Of a stretch of 64,000 bases of DNA, positions 1-9,797 are shown piece by piece. The DNA lies in contig CAWALR010000027.1 of assembly GCA_963782835.1 (NCBI GenBank), positions 75,570 to 139,569 on the forward strand, in the 5' to 3' direction. How positions within the stretch are numbered: position 1 is the first letter of the stretch; every line of letters starts with the position of its first letter. The notes under the pieces were generated by a model, which saw only the letters and a program-made list of their open reading frames with translations, had not been told where the DNA came from and did not search any database. Source of the DNA: an uncultured Acidobacteriaceae bacterium. GTDB lineage: Bacteria; Acidobacteriota; Terriglobia; Terriglobales; Acidobacteriaceae. Position numbers and translations under genes: made by a program.

Positions 1-1
1 C

Positions 2-286
2 CGCATTCCTGTCATTGTCGATGAGGTGACCACTCTATGCGGGCCCGGTGAATTGATCGACGTGGTTGTGACCGAACGCGGCATTGCCATCAACCCGCGC
101 CGCCAGGATCTGCTGGCTGCACTGAAGGGCTCGAAACTTCCCATCCGCCCGCTGCAAGATATAAAAGAAGAAGTGGAACGGATATGCGGAGGAAAGCCGC
201 AGCGGTCGAAGCCGAGCGACCGCCCCGTGGCGATCGTCAAATGGGTAGATGGCACTGTGCTCGACAGTGTCTGGCAGGTTGTCTGA
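2..286 (+). CDS. citF: Citrate lyase alpha subunit / citrate CoA-transferase, C-terminal fragment (5' end lies outside the window)
   Basis: The open frame runs from the window edge. The C-terminal sequence IPVIVDEVTTLCGPGELIDVVVTERGIAINPRR resembles the CitF C-terminus as I recall it. Confidence 0.55.
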   Translation, partial: RIPVIVDEVTTLCGPGELIDVVVTERGIAINPRRQDLLAALKGSKLPIRPLQDIKEEVERICGGKPQRSKPSDRPVAIVKWVDGTVLDSVWQVV

Positions 287-387
287 ACCGAAAAATTCGA
301 TAAGTCTGAAGGAAGCAATCTCGCCGGGCTTTGGCCGCCGGAACGTTATACCTGAGAAGCTCAAGCCACAAAAAACAGGAGACTGGA

Positions 388-675
388 GTGAAATTTACAA
401 AGGCAATTACTTTTCCATCGATGCCAAAGTTTGGTCCTGCATTGGTCGTGGCGCTCGTCGCGTGCTCCGTGACATTCGCGCAGGACGTGAGAACCAACTA
501 CATGCCAGGAACTGATTTTTCAAAATACCACACCTATGCGTGGGTCAACTACTTTCATCACTTGGCAGCGAAAATGAGATTTTCATTGTGCGATCTTTTT
601 CGAATCTCCGTCGCGGTCAATCGCGATTACTTCCCATATGCCGACTTCTGGCTGACGTCGTCGGAGTCCGCTTGA
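388..675 (+). pseudogene. DUF4136-like secreted/lipoprotein, probably truncated
   Basis: A GTG at 388 follows AGGAG (376-380). There is a signal-peptide-like N-terminus (FGPALVVALVACSVTFAQ), then DVRTNYMPGTDFSKYHTYAWV, which matches the typical start of a DUF4136 domain. The ORF is only 95 aa and its tail looks unrelated. Confidence 0.3.
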
Positions 676-787
676 AAACGTGAAAAGCCGTTGGTGCATA
701 TAAGTCTGCTGTGTGATCCATTCCGCTAGAACCGTGCAGCGTTTACACTGGCGTCGACGATTTTCCTTGAGCGTGAACGAGGGGCAA

Positions 788-2365
788 ATGGCCGAGCGTC
801 GAATTCTTCGGATCGCGATTTTGTTAGGTATGGTCCTTGCCGCGTGGCGCGTGCACGCGCAAAAGGTTGAGTTGTCGCTGGACGCGTCGACAGCTGGCGC
901 GAAGATTGACCGCAACATCTTCGGCCAGTTTGCTGAGCATCTAGGCCACGGGATTTATGAGGGGATCTGGGTCGGCCCGGATGCGGCGATCCCGAATACT
1001 CGTGGGATCCGCAATGACGTTGTTACCGCGCTAAAGGCGCTAAAAGTGCCGAACGTGCGCTGGCCGGGCGGCTGCTTCGCGGACGAATATCACTGGCGCA
1101 ACGGAATCGGGCAGCAGCGGGCAGTCACTCTGAATCCGAACTGGGGTGGAGTGATTGAGCCGAACACATTCGGCACGCACGAATTCATGGACTTCATCGA
1201 GCAGATCGGGGCGGAAGCTTACGTATCCGTTAATGTTGGCTCAGGGACTCCGCGGGAAGCGGCGGAGTGGCTGGAATACATGACTGCTGCACAGCCGACG
1301 ACGCTGGCTAAGGAGCGGTCAGCGAATGGTCATCCGGCGCCTTATAAGGTCGGATACCTCGGCATGGGCAACGAAAGCTGGGACTGCGGCGGCAACATGA
1401 CGCCCGACTATTATCTGAGCCAACTGAAAATCTATAGCCGGTTCGTGCGCAACTTTAATCCAGCGCAACAGGACAAGCAGCAGATGTTGAAGATTGCTGT
1501 GGGGCCTGGCGGGGACGAACCGCGCTGGATAGAGTGGACCGAAGCGATTATGAAGGCCTGGCAGCAGCACACATGGAGCTGGGACATGAATGGCCTTTCG
1601 CTGCACTCCTACACCGTGGGGAAGTGGCCGCCAGCGTTCACATCGGTGGGGTTCGGCGAGAAGGAGTACGCTGAGATTCTCAAGTCGACTCTGGAAATGG
1701 AGGAATTGATCGCCAAGCATTCGGCGATCATGGATAAGTATGATCCGCAGAAGAAGGTGGCGCTGGTGGTGGATGAATGGGGTGCATGGTACGCGCCGCT
1801 GCCGGGCACGAATCCGGGATTCCTGGCCCAGCAGAACAGCCTGCGTGACGCGATTCTGGCGGCGCTGAACCTGAACATCTTTGCCCGGCACGCCGATCGG
1901 GTGCGCATGGCCAACATCGCGCAGATGATCAATGTGCTGCAGGCCATGATCATCACAGATAAAGAGAAGATGGTTCTGACGCCAACTTATTACGTTTTCA
2001 AGATGTACGTGCCGTTCCAGGACGCAACGTTTGTGCCAGTCGTGTTCAACGCCGGCACCTACCGGCATGATGAGATTACCCTGCCGCGCGTGGACGCGAT
2101 TGCGGCCAAGGATACGAACGGGAAGTTGTGGCTGGAAATTACGAACGTCGATCCCGGTCAGGCGGTTGAGGTCGAGGCAACGCTGACAGGCTTTCTGGCG
2201 AAATCGGCTGTGGGAGAAACTGTCACCGCGCCGAAGGTGGACAGCGTGAATACAGTTGAGGAGCCTGACACCGTCGCGCCTAAGCCGGTTTCGGCAAAGA
2301 TCGAGGGCGGTAAACTGATGCTGCATCTAGCCCCGAAATCCATAACGGTCATCTCAGTTCAGTGA
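788..2365 (+). CDS. GH51 alpha-L-arabinofuranosidase with signal peptide
   Basis: Contains [21 protein letters not shown] and [14 protein letters not shown], plus a GNESWDCGG-type catalytic region. I placed the start at the ATG preceding the signal peptide [24 protein letters not shown]. Confidence 0.85.
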   Translation: MAERRILRIAILLGMVLAAWRVHAQKVELSLDASTAGAKIDRNIFGQFAEHLGHGIYEGIWVGPDAAIPNTRGIRNDVVTALKALKVPNVRWPGGCFADEYHWRNGIGQQRAVTLNPNWGGVIEPNTFGTHEFMDFIEQIGAEAYVSVNVGSGTPREAAEWLEYMTAAQPTTLAKERSANGHPAPYKVGYLGMGNESWDCGGNMTPDYYLSQLKIYSRFVRNFNPAQQDKQQMLKIAVGPGGDEPRWIEWTEAIMKAWQQHTWSWDMNGLSLHSYTVGKWPPAFTSVGFGEKEYAEILKSTLEMEELIAKHSAIMDKYDPQKKVALVVDEWGAWYAPLPGTNPGFLAQQNSLRDAILAALNLNIFARHADRVRMANIAQMINVLQAMIITDKEKMVLTPTYYVFKMYVPFQDATFVPVVFNAGTYRHDEITLPRVDAIAAKDTNGKLWLEITNVDPGQAVEVEATLTGFLAKSAVGETVTAPKVDSVNTVEEPDTVAPKPVSAKIEGGKLMLHLAPKSITVISVQ

Positions 2366-2387
2366 TATTCGATTGCTTGCGAGATCC

Positions 2388-3467
2388 ATGAAACCACAAA
2401 TTGGCAACTCCGCTCACGGAGGAAAAGAAGTGCTTTGGGAGGAGCGCTGGCATCCGCTGCGGGAAGAGTGGGTGATCGTTGCGGCGCACCGGCAGAACCG
2501 GCCGTGGAGCGGCGAGACAGTGGGCCATAAACAAACGGAAGTCCCGGAATATGTGGCCGACTGCTACCTCTGTCCGGGGAATTTGCGGGTCAGCGGCAAG
2601 AAGAACGACCGATACAGCGGCACTTTCGTGTTCGACAACGATCATCCTTGCGTTGACATGTCCGCGCCTGCCAATCTGGAAGTTCCACCGGGGATCTACC
2701 GCAATCGACCGGCGAATGGAATCGCACGCGTCGTTTGCTACAGCCCGAAGCACAACCTGTCGCTGGCGGAAATCGAGCTGCCAGGAGTGGAGAAGTTGCT
2801 GCAGGTTTGGCAGGCTCAATACGTGGACCTGGGGAACCGCCCCGAGGTTTCGCATGTTCTGATTTTCGAAAACAAGGGCGAGGTGGTGGGAGTTTCAAAT
2901 CCTCATCCGCATTGCCAGATTTATGCCACGAACTTTGTATTCCGCACGATCGAGATTGAGGCGGCAGCGAGCCGGCGGCATTTTGCGGAAACGGGGCGAA
3001 TTCTTTTCGAGGACATTCTGGCGGCGGAGAGAGTCGATGGCCGCCGCATCATCTGTGAAAGCGAATCTGCCATCGCTTTCGTGCCGTACTTTGCGCGCTA
3101 TGCTTACGAAGTATATGTGGCGCCCAAACGGACGTATCCGAGCTTGGCCGCCGTGCCGGACAACGAGTTGCGCGGGTTCGCCCAGGTGCTGCACCAGTTG
3201 GCCATAAAATTCGACAACCTTTGGCAGATGCCATTTCCCTACGTCATGCCCCTGCATCAGGCGCCGACCGATGACGGCGACTACAGCAGTTTTCATTTTC
3301 ATGTGGAATTTCATCCTCCCTTGCGCAAGCCGTCTTTGTTGAAATATCTCGCCGGGCCTGAAGTGGGTGGAGGAAATTTTCTGAGCGATACGTCTCCCGA
3401 AGAAAAAGCCGGAGAATTGCGTGCGCTGCCTGAGGAACACTACAAGCGCTCGGGCAAGGAACGGTGA
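2388..3467 (+). CDS. galT: Galactose-1-phosphate (hexose-1-phosphate) uridylyltransferase, GalT class I
   Basis: Has the HIT-like active site [11 protein letters not shown] (HPH-x-Q) and the zinc-site-like CYLCPGN. The stop overlaps the next gene's start. The start is ambiguous between TTG 2373 and ATG 2388. Confidence 0.85.
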   Translation: MKPQIGNSAHGGKEVLWEERWHPLREEWVIVAAHRQNRPWSGETVGHKQTEVPEYVADCYLCPGNLRVSGKKNDRYSGTFVFDNDHPCVDMSAPANLEVPPGIYRNRPANGIARVVCYSPKHNLSLAEIELPGVEKLLQVWQAQYVDLGNRPEVSHVLIFENKGEVVGVSNPHPHCQIYATNFVFRTIEIEAAASRRHFAETGRILFEDILAAERVDGRRIICESESAIAFVPYFARYAYEVYVAPKRTYPSLAAVPDNELRGFAQVLHQLAIKFDNLWQMPFPYVMPLHQAPTDDGDYSSFHFHVEFHPPLRKPSLLKYLAGPEVGGGNFLSDTSPEEKAGELRALPEEHYKRSGKER

Positions 3468-4480
3468 CGGTGCTCGCTCATCCCCTGCTTGCGCCGGTCA
3501 GGAAACTGCATACCCAAATTCGCGACGCTGTTGTCGCCGCATGCGAGAGATCTTCGACCGAGGCAATGTCAGGCATCGCACAGGAACAGGAGGAAGGCGA
3601 CACGATTTATGCGATTGATCGCGTGAGCGAAGAATTGATTGTCGAATTCTTTGAACGCGAGGCCACCGCGAGCGGTGGCATCGTCCTGATCGCCGAGGGC
3701 CTGCACGGCGGACAGGTTGTGCTTCCTCGTGGTGCTAGTGAGAGCGATGTGAAGTGGCGAATCATTGTTGATCCGATTGATGGCACGCGCGGGATCATGT
3801 ACCAGAAGCGCAGCGCCTGGGTGCTGACTGGAGTCGCACCGAATCGCGGACCGCAAACCCATCTTCAGGATATTGAACTTGCGGTACAGACCGAGATTCC
3901 GCTGGTGAAGCAGCATCTGTGCGATGCGGCGTGGGCCATGTGCGGCGGGGGCGTTGAGGCGGAGCGTTACAACCGACTGAACGGGCAAGTGAGTCCCCTG
4001 ACGTTGAAACCATCAAAGGCGCGCACGATTGCGCACGGATTCGCGATGGTGGCGCGCTTCTTCCCGGGAGCGAGAGAAGAACTTGCCGCGCTGGACGAGG
4101 AAATCGTGCGCGGCGCTTTGGGCCCGGTCCAGCCTGGCAAGGCCCATTGTTTCGAGGATCAGTACGCTTCGACTGGAGGCCAGTTGTTTGAATTGATGGC
4201 CGGGCATGACAGATTTGTCGCCGATCTGAGGCCGCTGATGGAGGCTGGTCTCAAGAAGCGCGGATTGGCGCTGGGCATCTGCTGCCATCCGTACGACATT
4301 TGCACCGAGCTGATCGCGCGCGAGCTAGGAGTAATCGTCAGCAACCCCTTGGGTCAGCCGATTAATGCCACGCTATCCGTCGAGCCAGATGTCGCATGGG
4401 TCGGATACGCCAACGTCGATATTCGTTCGCAGATCGAGCCGCTACTGCATGCCGCATTGCGGAAGAGAAACTTAATCTAA
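3464..4480 (+). CDS. Inositol monophosphatase / FBPase-family sugar phosphatase-like protein
   Basis: Carries the IMPase signature [14 protein letters not shown] 4-nt overlap (GTGA) with the galT stop suggests translational coupling. Confidence 0.65.
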   Translation: MTVLAHPLLAPVRKLHTQIRDAVVAACERSSTEAMSGIAQEQEEGDTIYAIDRVSEELIVEFFEREATASGGIVLIAEGLHGGQVVLPRGASESDVKWRIIVDPIDGTRGIMYQKRSAWVLTGVAPNRGPQTHLQDIELAVQTEIPLVKQHLCDAAWAMCGGGVEAERYNRLNGQVSPLTLKPSKARTIAHGFAMVARFFPGAREELAALDEEIVRGALGPVQPGKAHCFEDQYASTGGQLFELMAGHDRFVADLRPLMEAGLKKRGLALGICCHPYDICTELIARELGVIVSNPLGQPINATLSVEPDVAWVGYANVDIRSQIEPLLHAALRKRNLI

Positions 4481-4499
4481 GGCGCCTGAAGAAACCAGC

Positions 4500-5972
4500 T
4501 TGGCGAAAACCCGACAATCCGAATACCACATTGTGCGCGGGTCCACGCAAGGACTTGCCGATGTCGAGAATTTCCTTTTGACCCTGAAGCGTTCTCGCGC
4601 GGCCCAAGTTTTGTTTGACCGGGAGAACGACATTTTTGTGGGTCGGGCTCCGGGTCGTCTGGATGTCATGGGCGGTATCGCGGACTATTCGGGTTCTCTG
4701 GTCTTGCAGTTGCCTATACAGCCGGCGGCCTTGGCCGCCGTGCAACTCAATCATCTGCAGTCAGTGGAAATTGTGAGTCTGGGCAACAGCAAAAACGGCA
4801 GAGGACGCACGAGTTTTTCGATGTTGCTAAACGATCTTGCGCCTGAAGGAAGGCCGTTGGAGTACGACGCCGCGCGCGAATATTTCCGTCGCAGTTCGGG
4901 ACACGAGTGGGCAGCCTACATCGCCGGGGTTTTGCTCGTCCTCATGCATGAATGCGATGCCAGATGCAGAGGAATACGAATTCTGCTGGACTCGCATGTC
5001 CCGGAAGGCAAGGGAGTGAGTTCCTCCGCTGCGATTGAAGTAGCAACGATGCAGGCCATTTGTGCTGCATTCAACATCAAACTTGAGCCACGAACTCTTG
5101 CGCTCCTCTGCCAGAAGGTGGAGAACCGGGTGGTCGGCGCTCCCTGCGGCGTTATGGACCAAATGACTGCAGCTAGCGGAGAACAGGATCGTCTTCTCAA
5201 GTTGCTGTGCCAGCCGGCTGATATCCAAGGAAGCGTTGAAGTGCCGCGTGAAATCGCGTTCTGGGGAATCGATTCTGGAGTTCGCCATTCGGTCTCGGGA
5301 TCGGATTATAGTTCCGTGCGCGTGGGCGCGTTTATGGGTTACCGCATCATTTCCGATCTCGCCGGGCTTCCAGTGCAAGCGAGTGCAAACACTGCCCAGG
5401 TGGAGATTTGCGATGCTCGCTGGAACGGCTACCTGGCCAATCTCACTCCAGCGGAATTCGAGCAATACCGGCGGGAAATACCCGAACAAATGCGCGGTGA
5501 GGAATTTCTGGCGAGGTTTCATGGAACCACCGATCCTGTAACGCGGGTAGATCCTCAGCGGACCTATGCCACGAGACAGCCAACCGCTCATCCCGTCTAT
5601 GAGAACTTTCGAGTCGGAAGGTTCGCCGAGCTTCTGCTTGAGCGTCCGGGTGAAACGCAATTCGAGCAGTTGGGAGAACTGATGTATGAGTCCCACGCCA
5701 GCTACTCGGCATGTGGGCTGGGCTCGGAGGGGACAGACCTGCTCGCCGACCTTGTGCGCGCGCGCGGTCCAAAGAATGGACTTTATGGCGCGAAAATCAC
5801 CGGAGGCGGCAGCGGAGGAACCGTTGCCATTCTGGGGAGGCGAGAGGCGGGACCGGCGGTTAACGAAATCGCTAGCACCTATTCCAAGAAAACCGGTCGC
5901 AGTCCAATCGTGTTTGGCCACTCATCACCAGGCGCCGCAGAGTTCGGCTCTCTTCATTTAACCTGCAAATAG
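4500..5972 (+). CDS. GHMP-family sugar-1-kinase, long galactokinase/L-arabinokinase-like form
   Basis: Has the galactokinase signature [26 protein letters not shown] and the GHMP ATP motif [15 protein letters not shown], plus a C-terminal [13 protein letters not shown]. At 490 aa it is longer than a classical GalK. Confidence 0.8.
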   Translation: MAKTRQSEYHIVRGSTQGLADVENFLLTLKRSRAAQVLFDRENDIFVGRAPGRLDVMGGIADYSGSLVLQLPIQPAALAAVQLNHLQSVEIVSLGNSKNGRGRTSFSMLLNDLAPEGRPLEYDAAREYFRRSSGHEWAAYIAGVLLVLMHECDARCRGIRILLDSHVPEGKGVSSSAAIEVATMQAICAAFNIKLEPRTLALLCQKVENRVVGAPCGVMDQMTAASGEQDRLLKLLCQPADIQGSVEVPREIAFWGIDSGVRHSVSGSDYSSVRVGAFMGYRIISDLAGLPVQASANTAQVEICDARWNGYLANLTPAEFEQYRREIPEQMRGEEFLARFHGTTDPVTRVDPQRTYATRQPTAHPVYENFRVGRFAELLLERPGETQFEQLGELMYESHASYSACGLGSEGTDLLADLVRARGPKNGLYGAKITGGGSGGTVAILGRREAGPAVNEIASTYSKKTGRSPIVFGHSSPGAAEFGSLHLTCK

Positions 5973-6402
5973 AGCGCCCGCAAGAATCGCTCGCGGGCAG
6001 TTTAACGGACGTTTACGTTGATTCCAGGTTTCGAAGAGCGGTTGGCATTTCGGTAATTATCCAGAAACGGGCTTCTAGGAAGCGCTCACACGCCGCTTCC
6101 AAGCTGCTGACAAAGTCAACTCGTTCATGCCGAATTTGAGGCTTGTGATCGCATTGCATTCGCCTAATGCCCTCCGTGAAACCGGACTGCGCGTGCGCGC
6201 TCCAGAGAAAAGCTGGGAAATAACTCCCTTCGGTGGCTACCGACTTACCTTCATGGGGCAAATGTCATCGAACAGCCCTTTCCTAATTTACTGCGGACAA
6301 TGCCTTGAAACACTCGTATTCATTGTTCCGCAAACCGCAGTCTAATTGCGAGGAGAACCCGCCAAAATAGCAACGAGTTTGCTGTGAAGAAGGAGAATTG
6401 AT

Positions 6403-6816
6403 ATGTCATCTGTTTTAGATTCCATCACCTGCCGGCAATGCGGGTACACGAAGGCTACCGTTGACTTTGATTGCAGGACCAGCGAAGAAGAAACTTCCTG
6501 CCGGCATTGTGGCTATTACGAAAGTTGGACCGCGAAATACGACCAGGATGGTAAGCCCCGCGGCTGGACGCACGAGATTAACAAGGGCTTCGGCGCACTC
6601 TGGTACCGAGGATCGGCGGGGATCGGATTTGCCGGTCACTTCCTGAATTCGGCGCAAGAACTAGCCGATTCTGAGAAGTGGTTGCGCGAGCGACTGGAGA
6701 AAGCAGAGGTAGAACCTGACAGTTCGTACCTAACGCGCTGGAATCATGAAACCAAACAGGTCGAGTTAGTTATCGGGAAGTTCTACGAATGGACAGAATC
6801 CGGTGAACCGGCATAG
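6403..6816 (+). CDS. Hypothetical protein with N-terminal CxxC...CxxC zinc-ribbon
   Basis: A strong RBS (AAGGAG) lies 7 nt upstream of the ATG. It has two CxxC pairs (CRQCGY, CRHCGY) and sits in the AT-richer accessory DNA. Confidence 0.55.
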   Translation: MSSVLDSITCRQCGYTKATVDFDCRTSEEETSCRHCGYYESWTAKYDQDGKPRGWTHEINKGFGALWYRGSAGIGFAGHFLNSAQELADSEKWLRERLEKAEVEPDSSYLTRWNHETKQVELVIGKFYEWTESGEPA

Positions 6817-6897
6817 CCAGTGTCGCAGCAATCTTTTATTTAGTGAATTCCTGGTTTGCTCCAAACAAGCAGTATTTAGAAAGTGAGGCAAGAATTT

Positions 6898-7211
6898 ATG
6901 CCAAATCTAACTCGCAACGATCTAAGAGTCGAAGGTGAAAACATTAACAAGGTTTTGGACGCTATCGGGTTCAATCCTGGCGGTGTTCCAATTGTTTGGG
7001 GTGCCGCCATTCAACCAGACAATATCGCCGTGTTAATTGATTTCAACCGTATTGTGCCACGCCCGGTAAAAGCGCCGCTTGAAGGATGGGATGAATGGAT
7101 CACCAAGAATTGGGGAACAATGCCATACGACGGCTACTCGGATGGTGACATCTCTGAGCTGACGGACAACATGGTTTGGTTCAAGTTCTATACGAGGTGG
7201 ACGCCAGCTTA
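6898..7211 (+). pseudogene. Hypothetical ORF interrupted by IS insertion (5' fragment only)
   Basis: The ORF reads straight into the IS left inverted repeat at 7212, with native sequence ending ...FKFYTRWTPA. No continuation is found at any other IS flank in the window. Confidence 0.5.
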
Positions 7212-7276
7212 TGACCTGCTCCCCGCTTTCCGTACAAAGCTGAGTATGATTTCAGCGAACGAAAGGGGAAGCGGGT

Positions 7277-7552
7277 ATGTCGAAGACCAGGCACACAGAG
7301 GCGCAGATCATCGGAGTGCTGAAACAACTGGAAGCGGGACGTAAAGCGGAAGACGTGGCGCGAGAGGCAGGAGTCTCGAAACACACGATCTACGCATGGA
7401 AAGCAAAATACGGTGGGATGGATGTGAGCCAGGCGCAGGAAGCCAAGCAACTACGGGATGAGAACACGAAGCTGCGGAAGCTGGTGGCGGATCTGAGTCT
7501 GGACAAGGAAGCACTGCAGTCGGTGATCCGAAAAAACGGTTGGAGCTCGTAG
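7277..7552 (+). CDS. IS3-family transposase OrfA (HTH)
   Basis: The N-terminus MSKTRHTEAQIIGVLKQLEAGRKAEDVAREAGVSKHTIYAWKAKYGG is typical of an IS3/IS911 OrfA HTH, followed by a leucine-zipper-like segment. Confidence 0.9.
   Translation: MSKTRHTEAQIIGVLKQLEAGRKAEDVAREAGVSKHTIYAWKAKYGGMDVSQAQEAKQLRDENTKLRKLVADLSLDKEALQSVIRKNGWSS
7530..7537 (+). promoter_or_regulatory. Programmed -1 ribosomal frameshift site (A AAA AAC) joining orfA to orfB
   Basis: In the orfA frame the sequence cgA AAA AAC has its A6 run at 7531-7536. The orfB frame is -1 relative to orfA and overlaps the orfA 3' end. Confidence 0.7.
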
Positions 7553-8469
7553 CGCTGAAGGCAGCTATCGAGCAGGTGCAGCAAGAGTATGCCTTCAGCG
7601 AGCGGCGAGCCTGCCGACTGATGACGATGGCGGTGACGACGTATCGTTACCGGTCGCTGCGAACGGATGAGCCGTTGCGGACGAAGCTGGTGGAGTTGGC
7701 GCGGGAGAAGCCGCGCTTCGGGTATCGGCGACTGCAGGTGCTGTTGCAACGAAGCGGAGAGCACGTGAACCACAAGCGGTTGCATCGGGTGTATCGGGAG
7801 GCGGGATTGGCGATCCGGCGGAAGAAGCGAAAGCATTGCGTGCGGGAGGGAAAGCCGCTCGTGGTGCGAACTTCGGCCAATCAGGAGTGGGCGCTGGACT
7901 TTGTGCACGACGCGGTAGAGTGCGGCCGAACCATCCGCGTGCTGAGCGTGGTGGATGCTTACACGCGAGAGTGTCTGGCGTTGGAAGTCGACACCAGTTT
8001 CGCCAGCCGGAGAGTGACGCGAGTGCTGGAAGCAATTGTGGCGGAACGCGGACAGCCGTTGGCGATCCGCTGCGACAATGGGCCGGAACTCACCAGTCGG
8101 CATTTTCTGGCGTGGTGCGTGGAGCGGCAGATCGAGTTAGTGCACATTCAGCCGGGAAAGCCGATGCAGAATGGGCGAGTCGAAAGTTTTCACGGACGGC
8201 TGCGGGAAGAGTGTTTGAACCTGAGCTGGTTTCAGAATCTGTTCGACGCGCGACGCAAGATCGCGGCGTGGCGGACGGAGTACAACGAGGAACGACCGCA
8301 CAGTAGTCTGGGATACAAAACACCGAAGGAATTTGCCGCAGCTCAGGCGGCGAACTTCTATAGAGCTGAACTGGGGCAAGAGGTCTCAAACGCCGGCCCC
8401 TTGCCCCAGACCCCCATCCCCGCTCAAACCGGAGATAGGGCAGTTGTAACTTGTCGTATTCTTACGTGA
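7540..8469 (+). CDS. IS3-family transposase OrfB (DDE/rve integrase core), probably expressed as an OrfAB fusion
   Basis: The rve-like core includes WALDFVHD, SVVDAYTRECL, IRCDNGPELTS and a trailing YNEERPHSSLGYKTP. Confidence 0.9.
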   Translation: MELVALKAAIEQVQQEYAFSERRACRLMTMAVTTYRYRSLRTDEPLRTKLVELAREKPRFGYRRLQVLLQRSGEHVNHKRLHRVYREAGLAIRRKKRKHCVREGKPLVVRTSANQEWALDFVHDAVECGRTIRVLSVVDAYTRECLALEVDTSFASRRVTRVLEAIVAERGQPLAIRCDNGPELTSRHFLAWCVERQIELVHIQPGKPMQNGRVESFHGRLREECLNLSWFQNLFDARRKIAAWRTEYNEERPHSSLGYKTPKEFAAAQAANFYRAELGQEVSNAGPLPQTPIPAQTGDRAVVTCRILT

Positions 8470-8490
8470 ACGAAAGCTGGGGGCAGGTCA

Positions 8491-9509
8491 CCCTCATCAG
8501 CAAGAGTGTCTGCGTAGGTTTTTCTGAACCTATGAAGCTCCGGTTCCGCTACGCCCGCACGGTCAGCGATAGCTTGGAGCTTGCGGAGGAAGTGTCCCTC
8601 CACGCTGCCGATTATGTTGGGAAAGATCAGGTCGCCGGGCTTAGCAGCTTTCGCAATCATCCGGTCCCGTAGTTTCTCCATCAGCGCCGTGGGAACTGGC
8701 AACCTGCGCCCTTTGTTCTGCCACCGCTTGCCCTTGAGTTTGAAGCCACGGTGCGGTTTGGATCGCACCCATACTACGTTGACATCATCGAGCAGATCGC
8801 AATACTCAGCATTCGCCACTTCCTGCTCACGGCAGCCCGTGTTCAAGAAATAGCTCATCCACAATTTCTCTCCGGCGTCTGCCGCCTGGAACAGTGCCTT
8901 GAGTTCGTGCGGCTTGTACGGCTTGACTTCCTTTTCTTCGTAGTCCAACTGACCGAGGATTTCCCCAGCGAAAAGGATCGCACTGGCACGCAGGAATGTG
9001 TTGCAGGTCTGAAAGATGTTGTAGACGTAGCGGGGTTCAAACAGAGTGTCCCTGGTGGTCTTGCGCTGCCGGAGGAAGGACACGTAAGGCAACAGGTCGT
9101 CGCCGTGTGTGAGTTGATCGAGATGCTTGATGCCGCTGCGCTCGCACCAGTCGAGAAAATAGCTCAACCGCTCGGTGTACGTCTTGACGGTCTTGGGGTC
9201 TTTGAGAAGGGATTTCTTGGCAAGGAATTTCTTAACCTCGCCCACTAATCGTTTGCGATTGGGATCGCCATCCGGCTTGACCGCTACTCCACTGCCCACA
9301 GCGTCAAGCGTAGCCTGCCTACACTGCATGGCTTCGACTGCGGCTTTGAAATCCGGACCCACGGATTCGTATTTCAACCCGTACCGCAGGTAGAACGGAC
9401 CCGTGACATCTTCCTTCGAGCGCCGCCCCCGCCGTTGCAAGTCGATCGCAACGTAGCGCCGATCCTTGCCTTTGCCCACCACCCTATACAACTTCACCGA
9501 CAACGCCAT
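8491..9509 (-). pseudogene. Tyrosine recombinase/integrase, C-terminally truncated by the IS right end
   Basis: The catalytic Arg region (NTGCREQEV) and the H-x-x-R box (LHRFRKTYADTL) are present. The ORF then runs into IS sequence at 8490, so the segment carrying the catalytic Tyr is missing. The true start ATG is at 9509; the longer ORF in the track reads through the tRNA. Confidence 0.8.
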
Positions 9510-9614
9510 ATTTCCCCCAATACTGAGTTCGGAGGAAATACCTTGAAATCCGTAAGCAGAGCCTTTTAGCCCGAAATTTCGTTGCAAGTGGTTGAAATAA
9601 AAGAGTAGAAAATC

Positions 9615-9708
<94 letters not shown>

Positions 9709-9738
9709 GCTAATAGAATCAATCAGTTACCTTCGTCA

Positions 9739-9759
9739 TCTATCCCATGGCATCCCATG
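9739..9759 (+). promoter_or_regulatory. Bipartite TATCCCAT-N2-CATCCCAT motif in the tRNA/int divergent intergenic region (candidate arm-type or operator site)
   Basis: The site reads tcTATCCCATggCATCCCATg. Related copies lie at 14226-14252 (inverted) and 14265-14287 (direct). Confidence 0.45.
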
Positions 9760-9797
9760 TTTGGTAAACTCCTGTTATCGAGTGAAGGAGCAACCGC

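Larger units (their letters stand above)
7212..8490 (+). mobile_element. IS3-family insertion sequence, complete copy (1279 bp), possibly of the IS407 group
   Basis: The terminal inverted repeats are TGACCTGCTCCCCGCTTTCCGTAC (left) and TGACCTGCCCCCAGCTTTCGTTCAC (reverse complement of the right end), giving TG...CA termini. It has the orfA/orfB organisation with an A6C slippery site. No flanking target-site duplication is present (left flank CTTA, right flank CCCT). Confidence 0.9.

Noticed and set aside
1319-2326. A 335-aa ORF antisense to the GH51 gene. Similar long antisense ORFs occur at 4827-5921, 17211-18071, 17245-18033, 31304-32353 and 60604-61365.
   Set aside because: Each lies entirely inside a gene with clear family motifs on the other strand. 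Their Arg/Pro/Gly/His-rich composition is typical of spurious frames in GC-rich DNA, and they carry no recognisable motifs.
6013-6345. Two overlapping opposite-strand ORFs (82 aa minus strand, 72 aa plus strand) in the AT-richer spacer after the kinase gene.
   Set aside because: Neither has a convincing RBS or any recognisable motif, and they are mutually exclusive. I left them unannotated.
7390-8103. A 237-aa ORF antisense inside the IS (duplicated at 11619-12332), plus several other duplicated ORFs.
   Set aside because: They are duplicated only because the IS is duplicated. They are antisense to the DDE transposase, with low-complexity composition.
5973-8490. A search for a direct repeat of the tRNA-Ser 3' end that would delimit the left-hand island carrying the truncated integrase.
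   Set aside because: Reading both strands, I found no match longer than a few bases to GGTTCGAATCCCTCCCTCTCCGCCA or its complement. The left boundary therefore cannot be defined from this window.
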